Both the position numbers and the translations under genes were made by a program. A stretch of DNA of 63,708 bases, filler included, from Sphacelaria rigidula (Eukaryota), in assembly GCA_964200075.2 (NCBI GenBank). It is 6 parts of 6 records of this genome, joined end to end, with 100 filler letters (N's around TTAATTAATTAA, not from the genome) between each part and the next. Parts side by side here need not be neighbours in the genome. Positions count along the whole stretch, not along the records: positions 42,542 to 53,075 come from CAXNAA020006325.1; positions 53,176 to 63,708 come from CAXNAA020006326.1; 4 more parts are not named here. The stretch is one strand, 5' to 3'. Below the pieces are notes generated by a model that worked only from the letters and a program-made list of their open reading frames with translations, made no database searches and was not told the DNA's origin. Numbering within the stretch: the first letter of the stretch is position 1; each line of letters starts with the position of its first letter. Positions 51,290-63,708 of this stretch are shown piece after piece.

Positions 51290-52350
51290 TGCAGTCGGGT
51301 ATTGTATACCGCACAACTCAATCCGGTCGTTTCAACAACACAGCAGTCCATCGCTACAATGATTGCCGTAGTAGCTGTGACCTGCCAGGAGCTCGGATTG
51401 ACGGTATCGTAGAAGAAGACGTCGTCCATGCGTCTGCGGTCAGCATCCAGCTCCACAGTGACCGCGCTCCACATCAAGGCGGGCGGTCAACGGTATAAGC
51501 ATGTGGCCAAGCTTGTCTACCTCGGTGCTATCAGGGCGAATGCGAAAATATCCACTGACATCAAGCGCCGCATCAGCTTCACAAGGGCACGTCTCCGAAA
51601 GTATGATTCCCAACTCTACGATAGATCCAACGCCCAGCTGACATTGAAAGTCCGCCTGATTAAAATCGGAGGTGCTGGAAGCTCTCTTGTACGGACGTGC
51701 GACATTGGCGTTTCGTTCTGAGGACTTGCAACAGCCTGCGCATTGCCCATCACTAGCTTTTGCGACGAGTGGTTGGACTCCGCAGGAAATATCGAACGGG
51801 CTACAAGACTCTTTCGTACGGTGCTGTGCTCGAGATGACCAACTGCGAACGTGTCGAGCAGATAATTCGCAAGCGTCAACTCTAGTTCGCACGAGCCCTG
51901 TTCCGACCGGACGAAATATGCCTTCCCAAACGCAGTCATACACGGACGGTTAGCCGCACAAGGGCCCAAGGAGGCCGGCCGCCCCCCCAAACACTGAGCG
52001 GACAACCTCCACGAGAAACTACGTGCAGTAGGGGCTCTTCAACGCGAAGAAGCGCAACAAAATTGTTCGTTTGCGGTGTAGACGTTGACGACGCACACGA
52101 TAGGGTCACGCCGGAGAAGAACATGGGCAAATGGCATCTTGGAGTCCAGAAAGGGGCGGAAGCGCTCGAGAACAAATGGCGACGCGACGCGAAGACAAAC
52201 GAGAATCGGACCACCGTCACAAACGAGAGGCTGCTGCGTCGAGGGTCGCCAATCAGAGAACTGCCCCCACTAGCGCAACGGCAACAGCTCCCCAGGAACA
52301 CAAGATGGACATGAGGGAGAGAATGGCCAGCTTTGTACTCGACGAGGGAT
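51290..52350 (+). mobile_element. RTE-clade LINE relic (RT C-terminal part and thumb), with stops and frameshifts
   Basis: TCQELGLTVS*KKT...GQRYKHVAKLVYLG...DIKRRI...LTLKVRLIK/EVLEALLYG, typical of RTE ORF2 after the YADD motif, which is degenerate here. Confidence 0.85.
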
Positions 52351-52702
52351 GAATGCTAAAAAATTGGCCAACACAGAAAATGACATTCCCATGTCCTTTC
52401 CTATCGTTTGTTGATTTTGTCCTTGGTAAATGGTCTTGCGGTGCTCCCGGGTGTTGAGCACCTGCTCTATCATACCGTGTCCTACGGGTTTCATCACTTC
52501 TGCAGCCTCCTCCTCCGTCCTCTCTTTCTTTCACCGTCTCCATGTATCTTCTCGCCTTCCGGTGTGAGCAAGTAGCAGTTTGGTGCCTCGCTTCCGTAGG
52601 GCTCATAGATGAGAGCTTCATGCCCAAAATATTGATATCGAAAATGATGGACAGCAATCTCCTGTCCTGCCACGTATTTCTTGATTTTTTCACGATTGGG
52701 TA

Positions 52703-53075
52703 CGAGCTGGGCCAGCCTAGAGGCGAGTTTGAAGTTTGCAGGCCCATGCTCTTTTATACATTTAGAGTTGGGTCCTGAAATTTGGTATGGACAATGCATA
52801 GGGCATAAAAAAAATATCTTACTTCGGTACCAAAAGTACTTTTTTTTCTCCATGAGTTAAGGGCATTTTACTGATACCTGAAAACCGATTATTGCCTTTA
52901 ACTCATGAAAAAAAAACACGTTTGGTTCCGATTTTTTTTTTTTTATGGCCTGCGCAATGTCCATACCAAATTTCAGGGCCCACCTCTAAATGTATAAAAG
53001 AGCATGGGCCTATCAAAAACGGGGTCGGTAGAAATTCGGAACAGTATTTCGCAGGCCACTCACCGGCCCACGTTT
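52703..53075. mobile_element. MITE family B, partial (cut by the contig end)
   Basis: TA-CGAGCTGGGCCAGCCTAGAGGCG. Reverse-complement match to ~19262-19733 without the 98-bp insert. Confidence 0.85.
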
Positions 53076-53175
53076 NNNNNNNNNNNNNNNNNNNNNNNNN
53101 NNNNNNNNNNNNNNNNNNNTTAATTAATTAANNNNNNNNNNNNNNNNNNNNNNNNNNNNNNNNNNNNNNNNNNNN
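53076..53175. other. Artificial contig linker
   Basis: N-run with TTAATTAATTAA. Confidence 0.97.
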
Positions 53176-53723
53176 TCAACTTATTATACTAAAACCAAGT
53201 AATTCCCTGACGAATCATTATTTGTCCTAACTGCGAAAAATTCCGTTTCAACATGCTGGAAAATGTCCCACCAATAATAATACTTGTGGGGGAACTGTCC
53301 CGTTCAATAAGCGGGGCGTGATCGTGTAGAGCTTGATTGCGTGCGAACGAAAATAGACGGATGAGTCGAAGAGTGAGTGATGTGGTACAGGAGCCTGTTT
53401 CAAGCTTGAAAAATGTCGGAATACACTATTTGAGCCTGGTTTGTTCGCTAGCTCTTTTTTTTTCTTCTCCAAAAGTCTATGAGAACGTAGTGTAAGTGTC
53501 AGTTCATTTTGCCTGGGCTCGTCACAAGTGTATATCTTTGGAGAGTTTTGGAAAACGCTCATTTGTCGTTTTAGAGAGCAAATATCTCGGGATCAGAGTG
53601 CAGAAAAAAACACATGTCATCGAAAAAACGTTGAGGGGAAAATACGTTTTCGTTCCACTCTGATCCTGAGATATTTGCACTCTGAAATGACGAAAAAGCG
53701 TTTTCCAAGACTCCCTTTTATTC

Positions 53724-53732
53724 TTGTTGTCG

Positions 53733-53779
<47 letters not shown>
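53724..53779. repeat. (GTT)n microsatellite, possibly an (ACA)n retro-element tail on the minus strand
   Basis: On the minus strand it follows CCTGTGATCACGGAAGGCATCCGCAT. That motif also occurs at 58221 (with an ACA tract at 58302-58336) and at ~43312-43333. Confidence 0.7.
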
Positions 53780-54469
53780 ATGCGGATGCCTTCCGTGATC
53801 ACAGGTTAACTGCCCATAATAGGGTATAAGGGAATCAAAGAATAGAGTGACCTAGAGAAAATCGTTGTATAGTGCGTGGAGAGGTGTGTAATATGGAGAA
53901 GATATGGGTGCAGGAATACTTGCATCCGCGACTCGGATCTCCTCGTTAGGTGATCTTTCATCGGGAGATTGGATATTTTTCATTAGACTTGGGACATTTG
54001 ACATGGTTTTTCGCCCGAAAGTGGGATATATATACATATATAGATATAGATATAGATATAGATATAGATATTCTCAGCACGTGTCTCCAGCACTCGTGCA
54101 GCACCTCACTGACACAGACGAGTCTATTTATGGCTCATGTTCCGATTTTTCTTGGCTGCGAGGTTTCGACAACAGACACCCTCTGTGAAAAAATCGAACT
54201 GGAAATGAAGAATTGTGAATGAAGATGGGAACGTTATGAACATATCACTACCGTACAGACGTGACATAAATTTCGTCATTTTCCAGCCGGATTGTTGTTC
54301 AGAGACTTATCTCGGAACCGCGGAGGCGAGCAAATTGGGAGAAAAATGGACTGAACCCGTCTGTCTCGGTGATGTGATGCATACTTCCCAATATATGCAT
54401 TGACGATATTCATTCTCCGTTTTCGGGGCCAAAAACTATGTGGAAGAATTTTCCTAACTGAAAAATCCA

Positions 54470-54815
54470 AAGTTGTGTTCGGTAGGGTACACGGGTACAT
54501 TTGGTAGGGTATGGGATTTATTCCGGAACTTACAGAAAACTGCAGCACCTGTATGGAAGTCTTACAAGAGCCACATAATCTGTTGGGTACGCAAGGTATG
54601 GATGGAGGTTGTACAGAAATCCACCCTTGCCCGCAACCGGGTATTTCTTCAAGGGTACATACCCGTACCCCGGGCAGGTGTATAATATTTCGTACAGATC
54701 CTACAGAACTAGCTGTCGGGTATCGATATGAGGATTCAAGAACTCATATGACTGTCGGGTACGGGTAATATCCGAGAAAATACTACAGGTATTCAAAATA
54801 TCATACCCTACAGAA
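54470..54815. repeat. Dispersed GTTCTGT/TACCCG repeat (same family as 32090-33000)
   Basis: Shared blocks such as CTTGCCCGCAACCGGGTATTTCTTCAAGGG. Confidence 0.65.
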
Positions 54816-55599
54816 GGCAACATCGAAAACATCCAACAACAAACAAAAACAGACTCTCCATATGTCAACTGACCTTAGATGGCTAGATTTTACAAGGTAG
54901 AACTTCGATAAATAGAAGAAGGCTCTGTACGAGCAAACACTCGATGATTGTTGTCCTCTATCTGGATGGCCCCAATTTACATCGTTGTTGCCCAACCATG
55001 TGAAGCGCAGCGTGCGCCCGTTGATCGAAGATTTGGTGACACAGACACATACCCTCGAAGAGAAAAGAAGACCGTGAAGAGACCGCCAATAATACTGACG
55101 CTTGACGACAGAAGAAAATAAATCTCGGGACATTGATCACGCCGTGTAGAGATGTTTCTCCGACAAGCATGAGTTATTCACGAAACCCTGCCGAATTTCA
55201 ATCGCTCCCTTTCTCCCATTTGGTTGATGCATGCACTTTTTGTTCGTGATGTTATCGCCATCACTTCCGTAAAACGAAATGAAAAATAAATTCCTCAGGA
55301 GGGCGTTTCCCGGCGGGGGTGGACCGGCGATATCCTCGCAAAAGCCTGTACCCTGGCGTTTTGGATTTTTACCGAGAAATGGATCTTGGCACTAACGGTC
55401 CCAGCGAGTGGCCTAGCGATGCGGTGCGTTATGTTGCATGAGATCAGAAATGTAGGCGCGTGTACTTTTGTATAGTAATAGATATCTACCTCGTGATGCG
55501 TTACCGCTTTTGTCGTTTGCACTTTGCGGGGGGTAGGGATGGTTATGATCGTATTCGTTGTACGGTGCTTGGATTATCCCTTCCTCACTGTTGTATTCA

Positions 55600-55710
55600 A
55601 TTTCCATTTCCATTTCCATTTCCATTTCCATTTCCGTCGTCATTTCCATTTCCATTCTCATTCTCACTGTCACTGTCACTCTCATTGTCATTCTCATTCT
55701 CATTCTCATG
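55600..55710. repeat. Compound hexamer microsatellite (TTCCAT/TTCTCA/CTGTCA)
   Basis: Read directly. Confidence 0.9.
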
Positions 55711-57489
55711 CTCTATTTTTTTTCTGTGTAGTTGTAATAGTGTTCGGAAATGCGCCACGGAAGGACTGCCGTAGATATGTTGCGCCGTCCAACGGCACGG
55801 TGAAACATCCCTGTTGCCATGTATCGTATTGTATGGTTGAAGTTGAACTTGACACGGACAATGCCTCCTCATTTGTTATGTTCCATACATTTTTTTGTAC
55901 TCCATACGTGCAACATATATTAGTTTGTTTTTCACTCTATATATCAAAATACTGTATTCTAAACGACCTGATGATTATATTTTTCTTGATGCCGTTGCTA
56001 TTTCCTCCCAGAGAGCTGGCTTGTGGATAGCCGTGATCATGTTCATTTTTCTCCGAAACCTGTTTGTGCAAAATAATGCAACCGGAAAAGGCAACGTTAA
56101 CAAAAACATGTGCCATGTATATCATGAATGACAATTAAAAACTAGTGCGTATGGAGTAACAAACGTACGAGCACGTTGAGTTGAGAGAGCTGCGGGAGTG
56201 TCGATCCCATGCTTGACGCTATAACAAGTTGGGGGCATATCATAGAAATAAAATACACCAAAAGAGGAGGGGGTGAACTACGAACAATAAAAATACCGTG
56301 AAAAACAAAATTATCCCCTTGCGGAATAAGAGGTAAGTGTCGTACGTACAAGAGCAGTAAAATGAATCAGGGTCATGATCCAAAACCACAGTCTCGTGGG
56401 GGGGGAGGGGGGGGGGTAAGGAAGACACGTGTAGAGCCTGTGCAAAAAGTTTTTCAATTATGCATACAAATGTTTCAAACTTAGCGGACACCACCATCTG
56501 CTCGGCCTCCCCCTCGTGCCGTATTCGCTGCCGTTTGTTCTGGACTTCGCCAGCTTGGAAATCTAGTATTCTTATCCGCGCGCCCCCACGTGTACAAAGA
56601 TGTGTCGGAGTCCCAGAGCTACGCCAAGTTCAAGAAGCTTCAGGTTGGTGGCTGGCGAAAAACAACCGAATTTGTTCAGTTTGTTGTGTGAAAATGTGCT
56701 ATTATAGAGTCTCGTTCTCTCAATATACAACGCTCGCAAGCTGGAAAAAAAAAAAAAAAAAATACCAGTATTTTTGTAGCAGCTGCAGGTCCCTTCGAGG
56801 GTTGTGTACTGGTAACGATATTTTGCCGATACGTCGAACCTAACACCGATCCGATATATCGTGAGTCGTATCATACCGTATCGTACCATGTCGTTCGTAT
56901 CGTATCGATCATGTTGCATCGTATGAATAATTGGCACCGATATCACTCGCCCATTCGTCGAGTCTCCCTACGAGAGTATTGCCGTTTTGATTTCTCGGGT
57001 ACGTGTCTTCCGTAACCCTGGCTGGGCTCGTCCGGGTTCAGTCAATATGCGATCAACCCAATCGATCAATCAATCGCCAATTTACTGTTGCTGGCTATCT
57101 AGTAAGGTATATAGGTCTGTTTGTCGTTATTTTGTTGTTATTACCGTTGTTTGTCGTTGTCGTCGTTGTTCTTGTTCTTGTTCTTGTTCTTGTTCTTGTT
57201 TTTGTTGTTATCGCTGCTCCCTTTCTTTCCTTTCTGAGGCCGTTGCTTTTCTCTTCTTCTGTTGCTTTCTTTTTCTTTTTTATTGTCATGTCCTTCTTTT
57301 GCTGCTCCTGGTCACGGGCTGGATTGTTACAAGCAGCTAATGTAGCATAATCAATCAATCAATCAATCAATAGGTCTCTGCCCGTTACAGCGGATACTGG
57401 GATGGTCTAGGTATAATTGAATTTGTGTCTTAGCCCGGCGCCTTCAAGGCGCAACTACCGGTGTCCGATATAATCACGGGATTATACAT

Positions 57490-57853
57490 TTTTTGTGTGT
57501 ATGTGTTGACGTCCCATCTATTCTGAGCGCCGGTCTACACGTTTCGGTATATGTTGGCGCACCAACCGGGGTCACACAGGAAGGAGGTCAACACAGGAGC
57601 TTTTTTCGTTTTTAGTTGTTTTTAATACCCCATCTCCCTTCTGCGGTGCTTGCCTTTATTTCTTATCGCGAGAGGGGTTTAGCAGTCCCTTTCCCTCGTC
57701 GACCGTTGAGTCGAATTCTGTGTACCCAATACATAGTCGCTCTCCACTGTCGGGTGTGGTGTGAGAAAAAATCCCAGGTCGCTCCGAGAATTGAACCCAC
57801 GACCCAACCGTCACAAGATTACGAGGTTAACAACTGAGCCACCGGGGCGACCG
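57490..57853 (-). mobile_element. tRNA-derived SINE, family 1, long copy
   Basis: Head GGTCGCCCCGGTGGCTCAGTTG...GGTTCAATTCTC on the minus strand, a ~290-bp body and an A-rich end. Confidence 0.75.
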
Positions 57854-60541
57854 ACTACTGTGTGGTCAGTAGTGGATACTGGCTTTACCAAGGCTGTCAA
57901 GCACGTTTTGACGTCAAGCTGCTGAAAAGAGTATCCCCCTCATGTCGCGTTATTTCACTGGCGGCATGACGTGGCATGGACGTAATCCAGTTAACCTCTT
58001 TGCGATAGACCGCTGCTAAATCCTTCATCACGTGTATCCCTTCGGTGTCTCAATAGACTACATAGCACGAAGAGTTTCTCCATTCGAAGTGATACCAAAA
58101 GGCAGGCGCCGCGGCACAACGAAGAGTCAGATGCGATTTTTGGCCCACATTTCGATGTATACCCTGTTTTGCTTGTATCGCGTTTTGTGAGTTTTAATCT
58201 AGATCTTTTTTTTTTGCCAGCCTGTGACCACAGAAGGCGTCAGCATCAGAAGCCCAGTACGAATGTACCGCGCAGATATCGGAACGGTTTTTAATGTGAA
58301 GACAACAACAACAACAACAAAAACAACAACAACAATGAGTATTCTACTTCAATCAAGGTATTCAGCGGACGAGATTTGTGTGAGCCCGCCAAACCTTTGC
58401 AGCAAGCCGCTGGTAATCTCAAGGTTACGGGCGTTGCGTCAGTGGCTTGGGAAACGATAGAAGCAATGTAATGTAGCACAACGGCGGGGGTCTCTCGCAA
58501 CACCATAGAGCTCATCCGCGCGACAGGGTAGTGAAACAGCAAAGCAGTGATGAACTCCACCCTCTGTCGTCCCGAACTCCCTATCGTGCTTGAGAACGTT
58601 GGTCAGACGTTGCCCTTTACCTGTCAGATACATTGCAGTCATCCTCGCAAGTTCACAAGCTAAGCGGGTGTGCCCGCTGGGTACTGTAGGTTGCCCTGAC
58701 CAATGGGGCTCAAGACCACCACGTTCAGCCCCAAACCCGGAGGTGCTCGTTATGATCCGACTGACTTCCGAGATGCTTAAAATGGCACAAGAAACGTGAA
58801 TGGCCGACGCAACACTACATCCGGCTTCTGTCGCTTTGAACGGCCTCCGGGTACGAGGAGCTGATGGATGTATATCATCAGGTTCGATCATGAACTTCCA
58901 CAGGGATGTATTACAGGGGCGATCGCAACAGTCGCTGGTGGGAAACTTGCACAGAAAGCCGACATCAGAAGAGGAATGCACTAGTCAATCGAGTTGGGTA
59001 GACGTCTAGTTGTGCGATGTGTGCCAGCCCGCAAGCAAGACCAATGCACCACAATGAGCACGTTGTGTGCAACGAACTCGGCACGGCACACACATGCACA
59101 AAAGCACCTTCAACCATCCTTGACAAAGGTTCGTCTCTCGATTCGCTTGCTCAGCGAAAAGCAACAGTCGCGCGTGTACCACATTGAGCAGTTGATATCC
59201 ACAGCAACAAGCCATGTGACCGGCGCCGCCCGGTGAGCCGGCATATTTGACACGGGCGATCAAGTCGAACAAGTTTCGAGATGTTGTGATAACTTTCAAG
59301 TTCGCGGGACATTTGAGATTCCTGACGTATCCAGCAAGGTACAGAGGGGTACAAGTTTGATCCGCTCGTCGGGCTAGAGGGCTATTCATTTGGTTTTTAC
59401 CCATATCACGTTCACAGAACGGACGCCCCTGTACTGTGTATTCTGAAAGGTAACACAGTGTGACGATATAAAATGTTAAAACAGCGGGGAACAATGCGCA
59501 CTGGCGAGCACATGGGTAGGTGGTGAGTAAAGCTACACTATACTACAAAGTACAGCGTGGTTAGCATAACAGGAGACTCCGTTTATGTGACATCCCCTCA
59601 TTCTGAAGGCTGTATTATTATTATACTCTGTCGTACTAGTTGTATGTACTTCGCTGCGAAGGGAGGCATCCTCTCGCACGAACATGATGCCCAGACGAGA
59701 TTTTTCATGTATCACTTGGAATTCTGCTCGAGATTTTCGTTGATGAAAACCGGGAATCGGTTCCTTTTGATTGATCAAAAATGAGGCCTTATGTTGACGT
59801 TGCCTGCCACCGCGGGTCGTTGACATATTCAAGTGTCGGGTGTTTCGGACCTTCAGACGTCGGAGGTGCTTGATCCTTGATGCAGTCCTTCAATGTATGC
59901 GTGCCAGTAAAGCACCGCGCTGTACTGTACAGCACAGTATATTTACTGATTAGCAGCAAGCATGACGTCATGTATCATGCCGTAACTGACTGAACAAGAG
60001 TAGTCGTAGCTCTGCTATTTGTACTTCGCCATAGTGTACCCCGCGCATGGTATTTTGCTGCTTCGACTTTGGTGTGATGGTGTGACGCTGTGGTGCTGTG
60101 ATGCTGTGATGAATGAGGGATCAGCCAAGCTGTTGCGACTGGGTAGGTGTCCTTGACAGTGCGTGCAAGAGCGGCTTCGGCCGTAGCTCCGGAACCGCAC
60201 GAAGCACTGATGAAGCAGGTCCTTCGCTTTGTGGAAGTCGAAAAGGCGTTCAAGTGTCACAACCCAGACTAGGAGGCGGGGAGGGCGGGGGGAAGCGTGA
60301 TCTTGTGTCGATGGACCCCTGAATTTTTCGCAGAGGGAATGTAGGAATAGTTAGCTCTCTTGGCTACGACGAACATGCCTCGAACAAACTCGAGTGACCG
60401 AAGAAGATCGTTGATGCGTGCGTATCTCATGCACAAGGTACATGCTGCACTTACTTTGCAGTCCGACTCTACACTTCTACACCGAGTGTCGACCGCTAAC
60501 CCAGACATGGTTCATGTTGTCGCTGTTTGGACAAAGCACAG

Positions 60542-60718
60542 GTGTACTTCAGCAACCGCAGCGCCGCCTACCTGAAACTCGGGGACGCGAAGAGTAAGGC
60601 CCTAAAAGACGCCGAACGATGCATGGAGCTCGCGTCTGACTGGTCTAAATCCTACAGCCGCCTTGGCGCAGCGCAGCACGCCTTACGCCGCTTTGACGCC
60701 GCGGTTCAAACCTTCAAG
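60542..60718 (+). CDS. Internal exon of a TPR protein (STI1/HOP-type co-chaperone TPR domain)
   Basis: CAG|GTG...AAG|GT, 59 codons: VYFSNRSAAYLKLGDAKSKALKDAERCMELASDWSKSYSRLGAAQHALRRFDAAVQTFK. Flanking exons not found. Confidence 0.85.
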
Positions 60719-61264
60719 GTGAAGTGTAGTTTCTCCAGCCATCTCAAGTTCCCGGGGCGATTATTTCGGGGGGTAAACTGTCGCAGCGCATTCACATTTG
60801 TCTTGTGTCCAAGACATATCACAGGGACGACGACAAAAGTTGAGACTTTTGGGCGTCACTCTGGCAAACCAATTACATCGACGATGGGGCCTTGGGCGAA
60901 AACAACCCGTAGTCGGAGATTCCTGGCTTCGCGGTGAGCGTGTTGTTACATCACACTCTAACATCCTTATTATAACCCAGGTCATGTGTAGGGGCATTCT
61001 CCGTGTTCCTCGGTCGGTTGCTGAACGAGTCTTCTCTGGGGATATCTTGAAATATTTGCAGTCCAGGAGGTCCACTAGCCGTCGTGATGTTTTGCAACAT
61101 ATGTAGCCGAAATAGCACGTACGGCACGACGGTACAGTGCATGAAGACAATGCGAGCAGAGTTCGTGGGTTCGAATCTCATCAGTGGAGTATCTTATATA
61201 CAAATTTGTCTGCCTCCCGTCGCCCGAAAACTCCCAAACGGCAGTCGTCGAAACTAATGAAGTA

Positions 61265-61856
61265 CGAGCTGGGCCGGCAGTAAATCCCGAGTCCGCTTTC
61301 CACCCCACAACTTGTCAAGTTTCCCAAATAAGGGCGACTTGAGCATATCGCTGTGAACTGCAGACCAACCTGGTACCACACGGCACCGCCGCTGAATGAA
61401 GAAAAAAATGTACTGCATGATATATGACGTTAACCACGAAACGAAAAAAAGAGAATCAGTCGGAATTTGGACTCATCACCTCCATAACTGAAGTCTCCTG
61501 TATCACTTGGATCCAAGGGGCGCGGCCATGTCACACGCGAAGTGCGATGCGGCGCCCAATTTGAGGTATTTTCTGCCGAAACTTCACCAGGATCTCCTGG
61601 ACAGGAGTGGCCTTAACATTGTTCGGGTTGCAGCCGTATTTATAATTTTTTCATGGATTCATAGCGTTTTTCTTGTTTTTGCTGAAGATTCAACTCGCTT
61701 CAACTTCCTCTTTTTTTTTCTTTCCTCTGCACCCCCAATGATGTTGCGTGGGTTGATGATGAAAATGTCGTGTCAAAATAGCAGCGCCTAACTCTTCGAA
61801 TTACCAATCACATCGCCAGGATTCAGTATAAAATCACCGTCAGCTGGCCCAGCTCG
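61265..61856. mobile_element. Tc1/mariner-type MITE, family A (592 bp)
   Basis: TA-CGAGCTGGGCCGGC...GCTGGCCCAGCTCG-TA. The body is collinear with 17970-18572. Confidence 0.85.
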
Positions 61857-63708
61857 TATTGTGAAGTGATTCCTTGAAAATCGATGGGATGCGGAATATG
61901 GTGCTGATAATCATGATCCAACGCTTGATAATGAAATCAAGGCAAACATATTGACCGAAAGATGGGTTAATTCCTTGGAGCTACAGTATGGACTCGCCAT
62001 AGGGGGGTGTACTCATGATTATGCATATAAATCATCACGGTGGAAGGTGGGAAGGGAGGGTACGGTAAGGTTACGACCAAAACAATGATCGTTGGTGAAG
62101 ATATAAAATTGCACCTACAGCCTGTACATATGGTGTGCATAAAACCAACTGCATGTGATGTAGGATCGTAAAATGTTCTGTTGCGCAAGTTATGCAATGC
62201 CCGTCATGGCGGTCCATGTGTCGAGCATGTGTCGAGTGCGCAGTTGAAACGCCACAAAAATAGTGAATTGACGTACGTAGCATCAGTATCGGGGTTGTCG
62301 GTTGTCAATGGTTGAGCATCTGTCCCTGAGTTGTATATTTTTTCTCCAGCCCTGGTACAACTGAAATGAGCCGATCATAAATTGGGGCGATTGGAGTTGT
62401 ACGCACACGCACATGATGAACGTTGAGATCTACCGAAGAATGGAGAAAAAAAGCAAGCCGGCGCACGAGCTTCTGTACCTTTTGCAGAACTAAAATTTTG
62501 GGGTGACCGTCGCTATCGTATCACAGATATGTACTCTGCAATGGATAACAGTACAGTACTGTACTAGCCTGTAGAAAGCAAGCTGAAACCCCCGAAACGA
62601 AACTGAAAAGCAATCACCGCATACACGCGCACCTCTGCACTCTTTACTTCGAGATTCAGTGGCATTATTATTATTATTATTTTAACATATCCATCGCTGG
62701 CACAACCGCATCACCCACGTCAAACGGCGCGGCGTGAGGTTCTTGAAATGATGTACCCTGCCTTGAAACCGTAGATGTGGTTCGCAATGATGGTCGAAGC
62801 AGCGTGAGATGCTAGTTATTTTGGGGACGAAGCTGAGACGGCAGGGGGGGGGTCCAAATCCTCTCAAAACTATTATCCCGAGATCTTGACGCACTTCACA
62901 TCCTGTACTGTACTGTACTGTACTGTACGTCAAGGCATAACCGCGGCGAAACAGGAGAAATCACCGAGAGACCCCAAGAACAGAGACCCAAAAACACATG
63001 GCCAGAGCCCCGCTTTCGAGAACACTAATATTTTGGTGATTTGAGACATCGATGTTTCACAACAAGATATATCGCGCGGTTCGTTTCGTGTGCTCTCTGT
63101 AAGCTGATTCAGTGTATGTGCAGTCCACATTTTTGTTGTCCACACATTTTCGCCATCGATATATAATAACGAACCTCCATTAACCCTTTTGGGACTGAAG
63201 CTCACCAACACCACGTTCACGACGTGTTGGTCAAATAATAATAAACAAGTCTGGGAGCGACCTATCCAATCAGGGCGGGGCGAAATATATCGACCACATC
63301 AGAACGACCGGTGGTGGGGGGGGCTGTTGCCGGGAGTGATGTCTCTGCAAAGTTGGTGTACCCTGTCCCTGGCCCCCAGAAAAGCCTTCGAANNNNNNNN
63401 NNTTCCCGATTTTTTCATCATTTACTTGCATTTTATGTAGGCCCGACCTCCCGACCCCCGAATTTTTGTTGGATCACCATCCTATAGTAAACCCTAGTTG
63501 ATAGCACTAACATGTAGTGCTTGGGGGAAATTCGGGAAGGAATGTACCCCGCTATATATGTGGTCATGTTCAAAAGGCGACTGAATCTGGCAACGCTGGG
63601 GACAAGAAACGGAGGTAGAGGCATGAGTTCTGCGTATCCCTCGGTCGAAGCGGTACAAGCGGCGGTGCTGTCGTATGTCGTCGACGGTAACGAACTTGTT
63701 GTGTATAG

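Noticed and set aside
51382-51477. Extra upstream TMEM181 exon (VELDADRRRMDDVFFYDTVNPSSWQ|GT)
   Set aside because: It is the antisense of the RTE RT segment (QELGLTVS*KKT). Exonisation cannot be supported without RNA data.
55413-56030. MEME / FHFH / NGNG repeat ORFs
   Set aside because: Translations of hexamer microsatellites.
34522-60718. Gene cluster of MFS transporter, TMEM181 and TPR protein
   Set aside because: The three genes are on different contigs joined artificially.

Overview
Repeat-rich eukaryotic DNA with about 50% GC and long GT-AG introns. The gene style and repeat families suggest a brown alga (Phaeophyceae), but that is inference. The window is not one locus. It is six unrelated ~10.5-kb contigs (1-10536, 10637-21172, 21273-31807, 31908-42441, 42542-53075, 53176-63708), ordered by decreasing length and joined by artificial 100-nt N/TTAATTAATTAA linkers. 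Host genes I can assemble: the 3' half of an MFSD4/FucP-type MFS transporter (4 exons, minus), most of a TMEM181/Wntless-like membrane protein (8 exons, minus), one STI1/HOP-type TPR exon (plus), and an unidentified multi-exon gene whose 5' part is decayed (minus, contig 3). The rest is mostly nested transposable elements: a Helitron-like derivative with PIF1 helicase and a C-terminal OTU domain, an RTE LINE relic, a second LINE family found in C-tracts, two tRNA-derived SINE families, TA-target (Tc1/mariner-type) and TTAA-target (piggyBac-type) MITEs, and satellites. The most unusual object is a 406-bp insertion (32432-32837). It has LTR-like TG...CA ends, a 4-bp TSD, a tRNA-type Pol III promoter and a 92-bp terminal palindrome centred near the predicted transcription start.
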